Shown here: piece by piece, positions 9,795 through 21,255 of the stretch
How the letters are laid out: each line of letters begins with the position of its first letter
How positions within the stretch are numbered: the stretch's first letter is position 1
Notes under the pieces: generated by a model
What the model saw: the letters and a program-made list of their open reading frames with translations, nothing else
Databases searched by the model: none
Told to the model about the DNA's origin: nothing
Assembly (NCBI GenBank): GCA_016869675.1
Contig: VGDP01000010.1
Span: 5,090 to 69,089, forward strand
Length of the DNA: 64,000 nucleotides
Direction: 5' to 3'
Origin: Alphaproteobacteria bacterium
GTDB taxonomy: Bacteria > Pseudomonadota > Alphaproteobacteria > SP197
Program-made: the position numbers and the translations under genes

Positions 9795-10181
9795 TCACGT
9801 GGCGCCTGGGCGGTCGCCTCGGCGCCGCACGCGGTCCTTGCCCTGTGTTCCCCTGCTCTGCTTTGACGGGTTGGGCACATAGCGGTAGTCGGCGAGGCGC
9901 AGCCGGCCGGCGCCGATCAGTTCGACTCCTTCCAGCTCCAGCAGGTCACGCTGCTGCTCGGCCCCCTCGCCGAAGCCGCCACGGATCGAAATGCCGCCGC
10001 CCGCGTTGACCACGCGCCACCACGGTACCCGTTCGTCCTTCAGGGCGTGCAGTGCGTAGCCCACGCGGCGCGCGTTGCCCGGCCGGCCCGCGGCGATGGC
10101 GACATCGCCGTAGGTCATGACCCGGCCCTTGGGGATGCACCGGATCACGCGGTAGTAGGCCTCGTACTCCGCCGAGGCCAT
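9795..10181 (-). CDS. atl: alkyltransferase-like protein (MGMT-family DNA-binding domain without the active-site Cys)
   Basis: The sequence reads VPWWRVVNAGG where active MGMT carries PCHRV. The Cys to Trp replacement is typical of ATL proteins such as E. coli Atl/YbaZ. YGDVA helix-turn-helix motif present. Confidence 0.65.
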   Translation of the reverse strand: MASAEYEAYYRVIRCIPKGRVMTYGDVAIAAGRPGNARRVGYALHALKDERVPWWRVVNAGGGISIRGGFGEGAEQQRDLLELEGVELIGAGRLRLADYRYVPNPSKQSRGTQGKDRVRRRGDRPGAT

Positions 10182-10184
10182 GGC

Positions 10185-11807
10185 CTACATGTTCGGGTAG
10201 TTCGGCCCGCCACCGCCCTCGGGCGTGACCCAGTTGATGTTCTGGGTCGGGTCCTTTATGTCGCACGTCTTGCAGTGCACGCAGTTCTGGGCGTTGATCT
10301 GCAGGCGTGGCACGCCGTTGTCGCGCACGATCTCGTAGACCCCAGCCGGACAGAAACGCTGCTCCGGAGCGTCGTAGGTCATCAGGTTGACCGAGATGGG
10401 CACGCTCGGGTCCTTGAGCGTCAGGTGGCTCGGCTGGTTCTCCTCGTGGGCCGTGCTGGCAAGGAACACCGAGGACAGCCGATCGAAGCTGACCTTTCCG
10501 TCGGGCTTGGGGTACTGGATCGGGTCGCACGCCGCCGCCGGCTTCAGCGCTTCGTGGTCCGGGTGGTGGCGCAGCGTCCACGGCGCGCTGCCGCGAAAAA
10601 CGTACGTCTCGAGACCGGCGTTGACCAGACCGCCCCACAGGCCCCAGCGGAAGCCCGGCCGGATGTTGCGCACGCGCTTGAGCTCGTCCCACACCCACGA
10701 GGCGCGCAGGCGTTCGGGGTACGCCGTCACCTCGGCCATGTCGCCATCCAGCGCCTCGAACACCGCCTCGGCGGCGATCATGCCGGACTTCATGGCCGTG
10801 TGGCTGCCCTTGATCTTGGGCACGTTGACGAACCCGGCGGCGCAGCCGATCAGCGCGCCGCCCGGGAAGGTCAGGCGCGGAATCGACTGCAGCCCGCCCT
10901 CGTTGATCGCGCGCGCGCCATAGGCGACCCGGCGCCCGCCCTCGAAGGTGGCGCGGATCGCCGGATGGGTCTTGAAACGCTGGAATTCCTCGAACGGGCT
11001 GAGATAGGGGTTCGCGTAGTCGAGCCCGACCACGAAGCCGACCGCCACCTGGTTGTTCTCCAGGTGATAGAGGAACGAGCCTCCGTAGGTGCGGGCGTCC
11101 AGCGGCCAGCCGATGGTGTGGACGATCGTGCCCTGCTTGTGGCGCGTCGGGTCGATCTCCCACAGCTCCTTGATGCCGATGCCGAAGGTCTGCGGGTCGA
11201 CGCCCCGCCGCAGGTCGAAGCGTTCGAACAGGGTCTTGGTGAGCGAACCGCGGCAACCCTCGGCGAACAGGGTCTGGCGGGAGTGCAGTTCCAGCCCCGG
11301 CTGGTGGCTGGCGGTCAGATGGCCGTCCTTGCCGATGCCCACGTCGCCCGTGGCGACGCCCCTGACCCGGCCGTCGTCGTGGTAGAGCACCTCGGCCGCG
11401 GCGAAGCCCGGGTAGATCTCGACGCCCAGCTCCTCGGCCTGTTTGCCGAGCCAGCGGCACAGGTTGCCCAGGCTGATGATGTAGTTGCCGTGATTGTTCA
11501 TGTGCGGCGGCGTCGGCAGCCGCTGCGCCCGGTTGCGCGTGAGATAGAGAAAGCGGTCCTCGGCGGCGGGCGAGTTCAGCGGCGCCTCGCGCTCGCGCCA
11601 ATCGGGGATCAGCTCGTTCAGGCTGCGCGGCTCGAATACGGCGCCCGACAGGATGTGCGCGCCGACCTCGGAACCCTTCTCGAGCACGCAGACCGAGACG
11701 TCCTTTCCGCTCTCCTGTGCCCGCTGACGCAGCCGGATCGCGGCCGACAGCCCTGCTGGGCCGGCGCCCACGATGACGACGTCATAGGCCATGCTCTCGC
11801 GTGCCAT
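10185..11807 (-). CDS. electron transfer flavoprotein-ubiquinone oxidoreductase (ETF-QO)
   Basis: [24 protein letters not shown]-binding motif. C-terminal 4Fe-4S motif [12 protein letters not shown]. Conserved along its full length. Start taken at MARESMAYD (GTG/ATG cluster), not at the ORF-track start 11855. Confidence 0.9.
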   Translation of the reverse strand: MARESMAYDVVIVGAGPAGLSAAIRLRQRAQESGKDVSVCVLEKGSEVGAHILSGAVFEPRSLNELIPDWREREAPLNSPAAEDRFLYLTRNRAQRLPTPPHMNNHGNYIISLGNLCRWLGKQAEELGVEIYPGFAAAEVLYHDDGRVRGVATGDVGIGKDGHLTASHQPGLELHSRQTLFAEGCRGSLTKTLFERFDLRRGVDPQTFGIGIKELWEIDPTRHKQGTIVHTIGWPLDARTYGGSFLYHLENNQVAVGFVVGLDYANPYLSPFEEFQRFKTHPAIRATFEGGRRVAYGARAINEGGLQSIPRLTFPGGALIGCAAGFVNVPKIKGSHTAMKSGMIAAEAVFEALDGDMAEVTAYPERLRASWVWDELKRVRNIRPGFRWGLWGGLVNAGLETYVFRGSAPWTLRHHPDHEALKPAAACDPIQYPKPDGKVSFDRLSSVFLASTAHEENQPSHLTLKDPSVPISVNLMTYDAPEQRFCPAGVYEIVRDNGVPRLQINAQNCVHCKTCDIKDPTQNINWVTPEGGGGPNYPNM

Positions 11808-11905
11808 ACACCCTCCGCGCGGCGCCGACCGCCCTCGACGCCCCTTGTAGCGCAAGCGGGCCGGGGGTCAAATGGCGCCGAACGCGGGAAGGGGCGGGAG
11901 GCTCG

Positions 11906-12712
11906 GTGCAGCGCACGGTGGAGGCGGCCTGGCTCGCATGGTACGCCGCCATGGGCGTGGACGAGCCCATCGGCGAGGCGCCGGTCGATCGCTTCGCGGC
12001 GCCCCCGGCGAAGACCATGGCGCCCGAGCCGATCGAGGCGGCGCAGCCCACGGCCGCCGCTCGGACGGGCGCGCCGCCGATCGTGGCGCGCGGCGCGGGC
12101 GCGGCGTCCGACGCGGTGACTGCGGCCGAGGCGTGCGCCACGTTCGAGGACCTGGTGGCCGCGATCAAGGAGTTCGAGGGCTGCCCCCCGCGGCGCACCG
12201 CGACCAGCACGGTCGTCCACGACGGCAACCCGCGCGCGCCGGTCATGCTGATCGGCGAGGCGCCCGGCGCCGAGGAGGACCGGCGGGGCCTGCCCTTCGT
12301 GGGGCCGGCGGGCCAGTTGCTGGACCGCATGCTCGCCGCCATCGGGCTCGACCGCGCGGGCGTGCTCATCACCAACTCGATCTTCTGGCGGCCGCCGGGC
12401 AACCGCACGCCCACGCCCGAGGAGATCGGCCAGTGCCTGCCCTTCGTCGAACGGGCGATAGCCCTGGTCCGGCCGCGCGTCCTGGTCTTCGTCGGCGGTA
12501 TCGCGGCCAAGACCCTGCTCGGCCGCCCCGAGGGCATCACCCGCCTGCGCGGCCACTGGTACCGCTACCAGGGCCACGGCCTGGAGGCACCGATCGACGC
12601 GATCGCGCTGTTCCACCCCGCCTACCTGCTGCGCCAGCCGGCGCAGAAACGTGAAGCCTGGCGCGATCTGCTGGCGATCCGCGCCCGGCTCGACGCCAAC
12701 GTAAGCGATTGA
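11906..12712 (+). CDS. uracil-DNA glycosylase family 4, with a long Ala/Pro-rich N-terminal extension
   Basis: Motifs [25 protein letters not shown] (GEAPG) and HPAYLLR (C-terminal HPS-like). A GTG start at 11906 preceded by GGGAG is preferred. The ORF-track ATG at 11801 would overlap the divergent ETF-QO start. Confidence 0.7.
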   Translation: MQRTVEAAWLAWYAAMGVDEPIGEAPVDRFAAPPAKTMAPEPIEAAQPTAAARTGAPPIVARGAGAASDAVTAAEACATFEDLVAAIKEFEGCPPRRTATSTVVHDGNPRAPVMLIGEAPGAEEDRRGLPFVGPAGQLLDRMLAAIGLDRAGVLITNSIFWRPPGNRTPTPEEIGQCLPFVERAIALVRPRVLVFVGGIAAKTLLGRPEGITRLRGHWYRYQGHGLEAPIDAIALFHPAYLLRQPAQKREAWRDLLAIRARLDANVSD

Positions 12713-13590
12713 CCGCCCGCGCCGCCGCCGGGCCGGTGCTCGTCGCCCTGGCTGTCATGGTCGTATGGGGCACCACCCCGGTCGCGACCCGCCTCGCCGT
12801 GCTCGAGGTCGACCCGTTCGTCGTGGCGCTGGCGCGCACCGTCATCGGCGGCGCGGTGGCCATACCGCTCGCGCTGCTCATGGGCATCCGCCCGCCGCGC
12901 GGCCGCCGGACCATCACCCTGGTCCTCCTGGCCGGGTTCTCCGGGTTCGTGGGCTTCCCGCTGCTCTACAACGTCGGCCAGCAGATGACGTCGGCGCTGC
13001 ACGGCTCGCTGATCTTGGCGGGCATGCCCGTGCTGACCGGGCTTTACGCGGCGCTGGCCGATCGCGCGCGACCGAAGCGGCGCTGGCTCGCGGGTTGCGC
13101 CGTGGCGGTCGCCGGCGAGGCGTTGCTGATCGGCGCGCGCGGGCCCGACGCCGGCAGCGCCAGCCTGATCGGCGATTTGATCATCGTCGCCTCCGCCCTG
13201 ATCGTGCCGGTCGGCTACGTGCTGGGCGCGCGCGCGACCCAAAGCGGCTTCTCGAGCCTGGGCACGACGCTGTGGGGCCTCGGCGCCGGCGCGCTGGTGC
13301 TGGCTCCGGCGCTGGCGATCAAGCTGGCCGTTTCCGGGCCGCCCGGCGGTGGCATGGCGGCGTGGGGCGCCACGGTGTGGCTGGCGATCGTGACCTCGAT
13401 CCTCGGCTACATCGGCTGGTACTGGGCGCTCGCCCGAGGCGGCATCCAGCGCATCGCCGTGATGCAGTTCCTCCAGCCGGTCTCCGGCCTGGTGCTCGCG
13501 ATCCTGCTGCTGGGCGAGCAGCCCTCGCTCACCCTGGCCGCCGCGGCGGCGCTGATCATCGGTGGAATCGTCATCGCCCAGCGACGATAA
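12709..13590 (+). CDS. DMT superfamily (EamA-like) transporter
   Basis: Ten predicted TM helices with duplicated EamA domains. The TTG start overlaps the UDG stop. Confidence 0.7.
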   Translation: MTARAAAGPVLVALAVMVVWGTTPVATRLAVLEVDPFVVALARTVIGGAVAIPLALLMGIRPPRGRRTITLVLLAGFSGFVGFPLLYNVGQQMTSALHGSLILAGMPVLTGLYAALADRARPKRRWLAGCAVAVAGEALLIGARGPDAGSASLIGDLIIVASALIVPVGYVLGARATQSGFSSLGTTLWGLGAGALVLAPALAIKLAVSGPPGGGMAAWGATVWLAIVTSILGYIGWYWALARGGIQRIAVMQFLQPVSGLVLAILLLGEQPSLTLAAAAALIIGGIVIAQRR

Positions 13591-13726
13591 CTTCGCGCAA
13601 TCTTGAGGTTAATCGTGCTTCGATGTTCATCGAAACAACGACCCTGCGCGCTTGCCCATGACCCGGCCATCCCCTATCGTTTACCTCGGGATGGAAACCA
13701 AGATCTCAAACTTGGGAGGGTCGGTC

Positions 13727-15559
13727 ATGGCGCCTTGGATGGGGGCGGGGCGAACGTTGTTCGCTTCCTTGATCGTGTCCCTTGTTCTGTTCGGTTGGAC
13801 GGCGATTGGACCGGCATCGGCGCAGGAGGCCGCCAACAGCGGCACATGGCGGGTCGCCTCCTTGCGCGCCGGCGATCTGGACGCCGCCGGCTTGCCCCGC
13901 CTGCTCGACCCCGAGGACGCCGTCCTCTACGCCCGCATTTTCGCGCTGCAGGAGGAGGGCCGCTGGGGCGAGGCCGACCGCCTGATCGGCCGAATCGACG
14001 ATGAGCTCCTGATCGGCCACGTGCTGGCCCAGCGTTACCTGCACGCCAAGTACCGCACGTCCTATGACGAGCTGGTCGCTTGGCTCGAGCGCTACGGCGA
14101 CCATCCGAACGGCCACCGCCTTTACCGGCTAGCCGAAACACGCCGCCCCGCCAGCGGCGCCGCACCGCCCGAGCCGCACGCCGGCAGCTTCGGCCTCGAG
14201 GTCGAGGACACCTCGCCGCCCATCGCCGCCTTCGATGAGGAGCGCCTAACCGCCGGCCAGAAGAAGGTCGAGAAGCTTCTGCGCAAGATCCGCGCGAGCA
14301 TCTCGGACGGCGATCCGGTCTCGGCCCACGCGGTGCTCAAGAGCAGTGAGTTCAAACGGCTGGCCACGCCCGAGACGTTCGACCGGGCGGCGCAGAGCGT
14401 CGCGTTCTCGTACTACCTGAAGGGCAAGGCGAAGACGGCGCTGGAGCTGGCCGCCAAGGCGGCCACGCGCTCGGGCGCCGTGGTGCCCCAGGCCTACTGG
14501 ACGGCCGGTCTGGCCGCCTATCGTTTGGGCCGCTACGAGGCGGCGGGCAAGCATTTCGCCGCCCTGGCCCGCAACGGTACGGCGAGCGGCCGGCAACGCG
14601 CCGCCGGCGCCTACTGGGCGGCACGCGCCGCGCGAGAGGTCGGCAACCCCAGCGAGGTGCTGCGTTTCCTGAACGAAGCCGCGGGCCACCCGACGGCTTT
14701 CTACGGCCTGGTCGCGCGCGAGGCGCTGGGTCAGCCGGTGGCGCTGACCTGGAACGAACCGGATCTCAGCCCGCGCGAGCGCGACGAACTGATGGGCTAC
14801 CCCGAGGTCCGGCGCGTTCTCGCCCTGGTGCAGGTCGGCCAGCGCTGGCTGGCGGAGCAGGAGTTCTCCGGCCTGGATGCCCAGCGCGACCCGGGCCGTG
14901 CCCTGCCGGTGCTCGGGCTCGCGACGCGCCTCGGCCTGCCGGCGACCGAGCTGCGTCTGGCCTACGAACTGGCCGATCATTGGAATGCGCGCTTCCAGGC
15001 CTCGCTCTACCCGGTGCCGCTCTACCGCCCGCGCGACGGTTTCGTGATCGACCGGGCGCTGCTGTTCGCCTTCATGCGCCAGGAATCGGCGTTCAACCCG
15101 TTCGCGCGGTCCTCGGCCGGGGCCACGGGGCTGATGCAGCTCATGCCGGCGACGGCGGCCTACATCTCAGGGGACAAGGCGCTGGCCGACAAGAAGAGCA
15201 CGGCGCTGTTCGATCCCGAGCTGAACCTGGCGCTCGGCCAGCGCTACATCGCCGACCTCATGGACGAGGCCGCGATCGGCGACAACCTGCTGTTCCTTGC
15301 CGCTGCCTACAACGCCGGCCCAGGCAACCTGCGCAAGTGGCTCAAGGGACCGGCCGCGACCGATGATCCGCTGTTGTTGCTCGAAAGCATGCCGTCGGCC
15401 GAGACGCGCCACTTCGTGCAGCAGGTGATGGCCAACTTCTGGCTCTACCGGGCGCGGCTGGGGCAGGATTCACCGTCGCTGCGCGCCGCGGCCGAGGGCC
15501 GCTGGCCCGCGTACGAGGGGTTAGATGCACGCCAGGTCGCCGCCAATGCCAGGGATTGA
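13727..15559 (+). CDS. lytic murein transglycosylase (Slt-type; superhelical N-domain plus SLT catalytic domain), secreted
   Basis: Signal peptide MAPWMGAGRTLFASLIVSLVLFGWTAIGPASAQ after a GGGAGGG RBS. C-terminal SLT motifs ESAFNPFARSSAGATGLMQLMPATA and AYNAGPGNL. Confidence 0.75.
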   Translation: MAPWMGAGRTLFASLIVSLVLFGWTAIGPASAQEAANSGTWRVASLRAGDLDAAGLPRLLDPEDAVLYARIFALQEEGRWGEADRLIGRIDDELLIGHVLAQRYLHAKYRTSYDELVAWLERYGDHPNGHRLYRLAETRRPASGAAPPEPHAGSFGLEVEDTSPPIAAFDEERLTAGQKKVEKLLRKIRASISDGDPVSAHAVLKSSEFKRLATPETFDRAAQSVAFSYYLKGKAKTALELAAKAATRSGAVVPQAYWTAGLAAYRLGRYEAAGKHFAALARNGTASGRQRAAGAYWAARAAREVGNPSEVLRFLNEAAGHPTAFYGLVAREALGQPVALTWNEPDLSPRERDELMGYPEVRRVLALVQVGQRWLAEQEFSGLDAQRDPGRALPVLGLATRLGLPATELRLAYELADHWNARFQASLYPVPLYRPRDGFVIDRALLFAFMRQESAFNPFARSSAGATGLMQLMPATAAYISGDKALADKKSTALFDPELNLALGQRYIADLMDEAAIGDNLLFLAAAYNAGPGNLRKWLKGPAATDDPLLLLESMPSAETRHFVQQVMANFWLYRARLGQDSPSLRAAAEGRWPAYEGLDARQVAANARD

Positions 15560-16088
15560 TCCGAACCGGCCCTTCCTGCCGGTCCACATCGCGCTGCTGA
15601 CCGTCTCGGACAGCCGCCAGGCGGCGACCGACAAGTCGGGCGACACCCTGGCGGAGCACATCGCGGCGGCCGGCCACGTTGTGGTCGAGCGGCGCATCGT
15701 GCGCGACGAGATACCCGTGATCGTCGGCTGCCTCCAAGCGTGGATCGCCGACCCGGGCGTGGACGTGGTGATCGCCACGGGCGGCACCGGGGTGACCGGG
15801 CGCGACGTGACGCCCGAGGCGTTCCATCAGGTTTACGAGAAGGAGATCACCGGCTTCGGCGAGCTGTTCCGCTGGCTCAGCTACGCCAAGGTCGGCACGT
15901 CGACGATCCAGTCGCGCGCCACCGCCGGGGTGGCGGGCGGCACGTACCTGTTCGCCGTGCCTGGCTCACCGGGCGCCTGCCGCGACGCCTGGGACGACAT
16001 CCTGGTGCACCAGCTCGACAACCGGCACCGCCCGTGCAACTTCGTCGAGCTGATGCCGCGCCTGCAGGAGCACAAGAAGGCAGGCTGA
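15546..16088 (+). CDS. moaB: molybdenum cofactor biosynthesis protein B (MoaB/MogA family)
   Basis: Motifs HIALLTVSDSR and GGTGVTGRDVTPEA (GGTG). 180 aa. Confidence 0.8.
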   Translation: MPGIDPNRPFLPVHIALLTVSDSRQAATDKSGDTLAEHIAAAGHVVVERRIVRDEIPVIVGCLQAWIADPGVDVVIATGGTGVTGRDVTPEAFHQVYEKEITGFGELFRWLSYAKVGTSTIQSRATAGVAGGTYLFAVPGSPGACRDAWDDILVHQLDNRHRPCNFVELMPRLQEHKKAG

Positions 16089-16103
16089 GCTGCGCCGCTG
16101 TTC

Positions 16104-17324
<1,221 letters not shown>

Positions 17325-17402
17325 TCACCACGATGGCCATGGCGCCGACATGTAGTGGTTCGCGGCGCCCTTGTAAACCGATCGTTGCGCCCCGTGCGCG
17401 CG

Positions 17403-18698
17403 TCAGATCAGCGGGCGCGGCCCGAGCGACGTGCCGTCGCGGAAGCGCGCGAGGCGGAACGGCGCGATGTCGAGCGACGCCCGGCCGTCCAGCACGACCT
17501 CGCTGACCAGCCGGCCGGCGATCGGGCCCAGCATGAAGCCGTGGCCGCTGAAGCCGCTGGCCACCACCAGGCCCGGCGCCTCGGACACAGGGCCGATGAC
17601 GGGAATCATGTCCGGCGTCATGTCGATGAAGCCGGCCCAGCTGCGCGTGATCGCCGCGTCGCGGATGTCGGGGAACACCCGCGCGAGGCCGGCCAGCGCG
17701 TTGGCCACCCGTTCGCCGCGCGCCGGCGGGTCGAGCACCCGGGTGGTACGGAAGGGGCGGTCGTGCCGCGCCGTGCCCGGCACCAGGCCGATCAGACCCT
17801 CGACCAGCGGCGCGCCCACGCCGAAGCGGATGTAACTCTTGAACACGTTCCACATGGGCCGGAAATCCTTGGCCCAGCGCAGCGTCGCCGGCACTAGGTC
17901 GTAGTCGAAGAACGAGCCGTCCACGATGTTGAGTGTGCCGTCGCGGCGCTGGCGGAAGGCGAGCTCGGGCGCCCACACCCCGGCGCCCGCGATGGCGCGC
18001 ACCGGTGTCGTACGCGCCACCGTGCCGCGAATCGCGAGCTGGGGCATCGCCACGCCGACGCCCGACAGCAGGCGCGAGGACCACGCCCCGGCGGCGCACA
18101 CCACCGTGGGCGCGCGCACCGGGCCCTGCTCGGTCAGCACGCCGGTGACCGCGCCGCCCGTGCGTTCGATGGCGTCCACCGCGCAGCCCGTGATGATGTG
18201 GGCGCCCAGGCGGCGGGCCGCCTCGGCGAAGGCCGGCGCCACCTTGGCGGGTTCGGCTTGACCGTCGGTCGCGTTGTAGAGCGCGCCGGGCCATGATCCC
18301 TCGGCGCCCGGCAGCGCGTCGCGGATCTCGCGGTTTGACAGCACGCGCACGGGCAACTGGTACTGGCGGCCGACGTCGAGCCAGCGTTCGTACGCGGCCA
18401 CGCCCGCCTCGGTGCCGGCGACCGCCATACCGCCGGCTTGGCGCCACTCCAGGTCGGCGCCCAGTTCGGCCTCGAGGGTCTGCCACAGCCGCACGCTCTC
18501 GATGGCGAGCGGCACCTCGAAGGGGTCGCGGCCCATGATGCGCACGAAGCCCCAGTTGCGGCTGGACTGCTCGCCGGCGACGACGCCCTTCTCGAACAGC
18601 GCGACGCGCGCGCCGTGCTTGGCCAGGAAGTACGCGCTGGCGGCGCCGACGATGCCGCCGCCGACGATCACCACGTCCGCGTCGCGCACCGTGCTCAT
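17403..18698 (-). CDS. FAD-dependent oxidoreductase (DAO/glycine oxidase-like)
   Basis: N-terminal ADVVIVGGGIVGAASAYFLAK dinucleotide-binding motif, 431 aa. Translationally coupled to the upstream MFS gene. Confidence 0.75.
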   Translation of the reverse strand: MSTVRDADVVIVGGGIVGAASAYFLAKHGARVALFEKGVVAGEQSSRNWGFVRIMGRDPFEVPLAIESVRLWQTLEAELGADLEWRQAGGMAVAGTEAGVAAYERWLDVGRQYQLPVRVLSNREIRDALPGAEGSWPGALYNATDGQAEPAKVAPAFAEAARRLGAHIITGCAVDAIERTGGAVTGVLTEQGPVRAPTVVCAAGAWSSRLLSGVGVAMPQLAIRGTVARTTPVRAIAGAGVWAPELAFRQRRDGTLNIVDGSFFDYDLVPATLRWAKDFRPMWNVFKSYIRFGVGAPLVEGLIGLVPGTARHDRPFRTTRVLDPPARGERVANALAGLARVFPDIRDAAITRSWAGFIDMTPDMIPVIGPVSEAPGLVVASGFSGHGFMLGPIAGRLVSEVVLDGRASLDIAPFRLARFRDGTSLGPRPLI

Positions 18699-19915
18699 GC
18701 GAACCGCCGTTGGCTCGATCGCCACAGGCACGAGGCGAGAAATCCGAGCAGCAGCAGGTTGACCACGTTGGCGCCGAACGCCGCGGTGAAGGCGGGCACA
18801 TAGCTGCCCAGGCGGTCGAACACCGTGCCCGCCATCCAGCCGCCGATCGCCATGCCGATCGAACCGCCGAAGAACACCACGCCGACGCGCCAGCCCGTGT
18901 CCGCCGGCGGGTAGAGCGCGCGCACGGCCACGGCGTAGCACGGGATCAGGCCGCCGAACCCCAGCCCGAACACCACCGCCGCCGCGAACAGCGCGACCTC
19001 GCCGGTGGCGAAGATGAACAGGAACAGTCCGAGCGCCTGCAACGCCGAGCCGACCAGCAGGCTGGGCAGGGCGCCGAACCGGTCGGCCATGACGCCGATG
19101 CCGATGCGGCTGCCGAAGCTCAGCACCATGATGAACGATAGCAGCTGCGCGCCGCGCGCGCTGTCGAAGCCGAGGTCGCTGACGTGGGCCACGATGTGCA
19201 CCAGCGGCACCGCCATGGCGATGCAGCAGGTCAGGATGCCAAGTGCCAGGATCGCGTGCGGCGTGTGCACCGGCAGACCCGCCACGCGGCCGGCCGCGCC
19301 GCCGGACGTCGTGGCGGCGTCGGCTGTCGCGCTCGGTGCCGGACGGCGGACGACCAGGATCAAGGGCAGCATGACCGCCAGGCACGCCAACCCGTAGTAG
19401 AGCGAGGCGTCGCGCCAGCCGACCGATTCGATGGCCAGCTCGAACACCGGCGGCCAGACGGCGCCGGAAAGACCCTGGCCGGCCGCCACGATGGCGACGG
19501 CCAGCCCGCGTCGCCGTTCGAACCAGCGGGTCGTGTTGGTCAACAGTGGTGCGAACATGGCGCCGTTGCCGATGAACCCGATCAGCACCGCGTTGATCAG
19601 ATGAAGCTGCCAGGCGGCATCGATGAAGGCCAGCAGCACCGAACCCAGCACGATCGCGAGCGTGCCGGCCAGCACGGGCGGGCCCAACCCGACGCGGTCG
19701 AACCAGCGGCCCATGGCGATGCCGCCCAAACCGGTCCCGATCATCTGTAGCGAGTTGGCGAGCGAGGGCACCTCGCGCGGCCAGCCGAAATCCGCGGCGA
19801 TGGGCTTGAGCCCGACCCACAGCAGGTAGGTCGTGCCCATGGTCATCATGATCAGGCCGATCTCGGCCGCGACAACGATCCAGCCGGCGCGGCTGTCGAC
19901 CCCGGTCTTGTTCAT
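18695..19915 (-). CDS. MFS transporter
   Basis: Twelve predicted TM segments, 406 aa. Its start overlaps the stop of DUF2064 and its stop overlaps the start of the FAD oxidoreductase. Confidence 0.75.
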   Translation of the reverse strand: MNKTGVDSRAGWIVVAAEIGLIMMTMGTTYLLWVGLKPIAADFGWPREVPSLANSLQMIGTGLGGIAMGRWFDRVGLGPPVLAGTLAIVLGSVLLAFIDAAWQLHLINAVLIGFIGNGAMFAPLLTNTTRWFERRRGLAVAIVAAGQGLSGAVWPPVFELAIESVGWRDASLYYGLACLAVMLPLILVVRRPAPSATADAATTSGGAAGRVAGLPVHTPHAILALGILTCCIAMAVPLVHIVAHVSDLGFDSARGAQLLSFIMVLSFGSRIGIGVMADRFGALPSLLVGSALQALGLFLFIFATGEVALFAAAVVFGLGFGGLIPCYAVAVRALYPPADTGWRVGVVFFGGSIGMAIGGWMAGTVFDRLGSYVPAFTAAFGANVVNLLLLGFLASCLWRSSQRRFA

Positions 19916-20526
19916 GGCGCCAAGGTGCCCGGAATCGAGCGCCGCCGCCAAGCGTGCCAGGCGGCCCCGGTGTCCACGTCGGCGAGCGTCGGAGCCAGGC
20001 CGACCGTACCTCTGCGGGCGAGCGCGGCGCGGGTATCCGCGAGCGCGTGCCGCGTCGACCAGCGGACGCCCTCCAGCCGGGGCAGCGGGCGGACGGCGTG
20101 GCGCCGCCCGATCAGCCAATAGCCGCCGTCCGATGCCGGCCCCAGGACCATGTCGGCGCGGTGCAGGGCCACGAAGGCCGCCGCCACGTGGCGCGGGCGC
20201 AGGTCGGGCAGGTCGCTGCCCACCAGCACCGCCGCGCCCGGCGGCAGGGCGTCGAGCGCGGCCGCCATGCGGGCGCCCAGGTCGCCGGACGGTTGCGCCA
20301 TCACCGGCACGCCGCGAATCCAGCGCGAGCGGCCACGCAGCGGCGCATCGAGCGCCAGCACAAGGCGCCAACGCCGATCGCGCGCCAGCGTCCGCGCCTG
20401 GCGCGCCAGGGTGAACCGATAGAACCGCCAGGCCGCGACCACGCCGATGTCGCGCGCGAGCCGACGCTTGACGCGGCCCAGGCGCGGCGCGCGCGCGAAC
20501 AGCACGACATGGCACCGTGCCCTCAT
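19912..20526 (-). CDS. DUF2064 protein (TIGR04282-like 'rSAM/selenodomain-associated transferase 2')
   Basis: N-terminus VVLFARAPRLGRVKRRLA matches the DUF2064 signature (VLxFAKxPxPGxVKTRL). Overlaps the GT2 stop (ATGA). Confidence 0.6.
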   Translation of the reverse strand: MRARCHVVLFARAPRLGRVKRRLARDIGVVAAWRFYRFTLARQARTLARDRRWRLVLALDAPLRGRSRWIRGVPVMAQPSGDLGARMAAALDALPPGAAVLVGSDLPDLRPRHVAAAFVALHRADMVLGPASDGGYWLIGRRHAVRPLPRLEGVRWSTRHALADTRAALARRGTVGLAPTLADVDTGAAWHAWRRRSIPGTLAP

Positions 20527-21212
20527 CGGTAGAGCCGGGCAAGATGGCGCGCCGGCACGCCGCACGCCCACAGTCCAAGGCACGCCAGGTTGCGCACAGA
20601 CCGCGCGATATAGCCGTCGCGCTCGAAGCGTTCGGCCGAGGTGACGGCGCGCACCGGCAGAACGGTCAGGCGCCGGCGCCCGATGCGGCGTACGATGTCG
20701 ACGTCCTCCATGATCGGCAGCGGACGATAGCCGCCGATCCGGTCATGGAGCGCGCGCCCGATCAGCAGACCCTGGTCGCCGTAGGGTAGACCCAACGCGC
20801 TCGCACGCCACGCCACCAGCCGTTCGAGCCGGCGCGCCCAGGGCGATGGGCTGGCCAGCGCGAAGCCGAAAACGGCCGCGTCGGCGGCGGGATCGGCGCG
20901 GGCGATGAAGTCGCCGACGACGCGCCACCAGGCGCCCTCCGGCACGGTGTCCGCGTGCAGCGCCAGAAGCCACGGACCGTGCGTCGCGGCCACGCCGACG
21001 GCGATCTGCGCGCCGCGGCCCCGGGGACAGGTCAGCACCGTGGCGCCGTGCGCGCGCGCGCGTTGCACCGTGCCGTCGGTCGAGCCGCCATCGGCGACGA
21101 CGATCTCGAGGGGCAATGCCTCGGGCGGCGTGACGGCCAGGGCCTCCAGGGTGGCGCCCAGAGTCGCCGCGGCGTCGAGGGTCGGGATCACAACGCTGAT
21201 TAGGGGCGGCAT
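20523..21212 (-). CDS. glycosyltransferase family 2 (TIGR04283-like 'rSAM/selenodomain-associated transferase 1')
   Basis: N-terminal ISVVIPTLDAAATL and DGGSTDGT GT-A fold motifs. 229 aa. First gene of a five-gene overlapping minus-strand operon. Confidence 0.7.
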   Translation of the reverse strand: MPPLISVVIPTLDAAATLGATLEALAVTPPEALPLEIVVADGGSTDGTVQRARAHGATVLTCPRGRGAQIAVGVAATHGPWLLALHADTVPEGAWWRVVGDFIARADPAADAAVFGFALASPSPWARRLERLVAWRASALGLPYGDQGLLIGRALHDRIGGYRPLPIMEDVDIVRRIGRRRLTVLPVRAVTSAERFERDGYIARSVRNLACLGLWACGVPARHLARLYR

Positions 21213-21255
21213 AATTGTTCTTGATTTGTTCGCTTTGGTATGCTAGCCTCAGGCG

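Noticed and set aside
11801-11905. ATG at 11801 as the UDG start.
   Set aside because: It would overlap the divergent ETF-QO start codon. The in-frame GTG at 11906 has a GGGAG RBS and leaves a normal promoter spacer.
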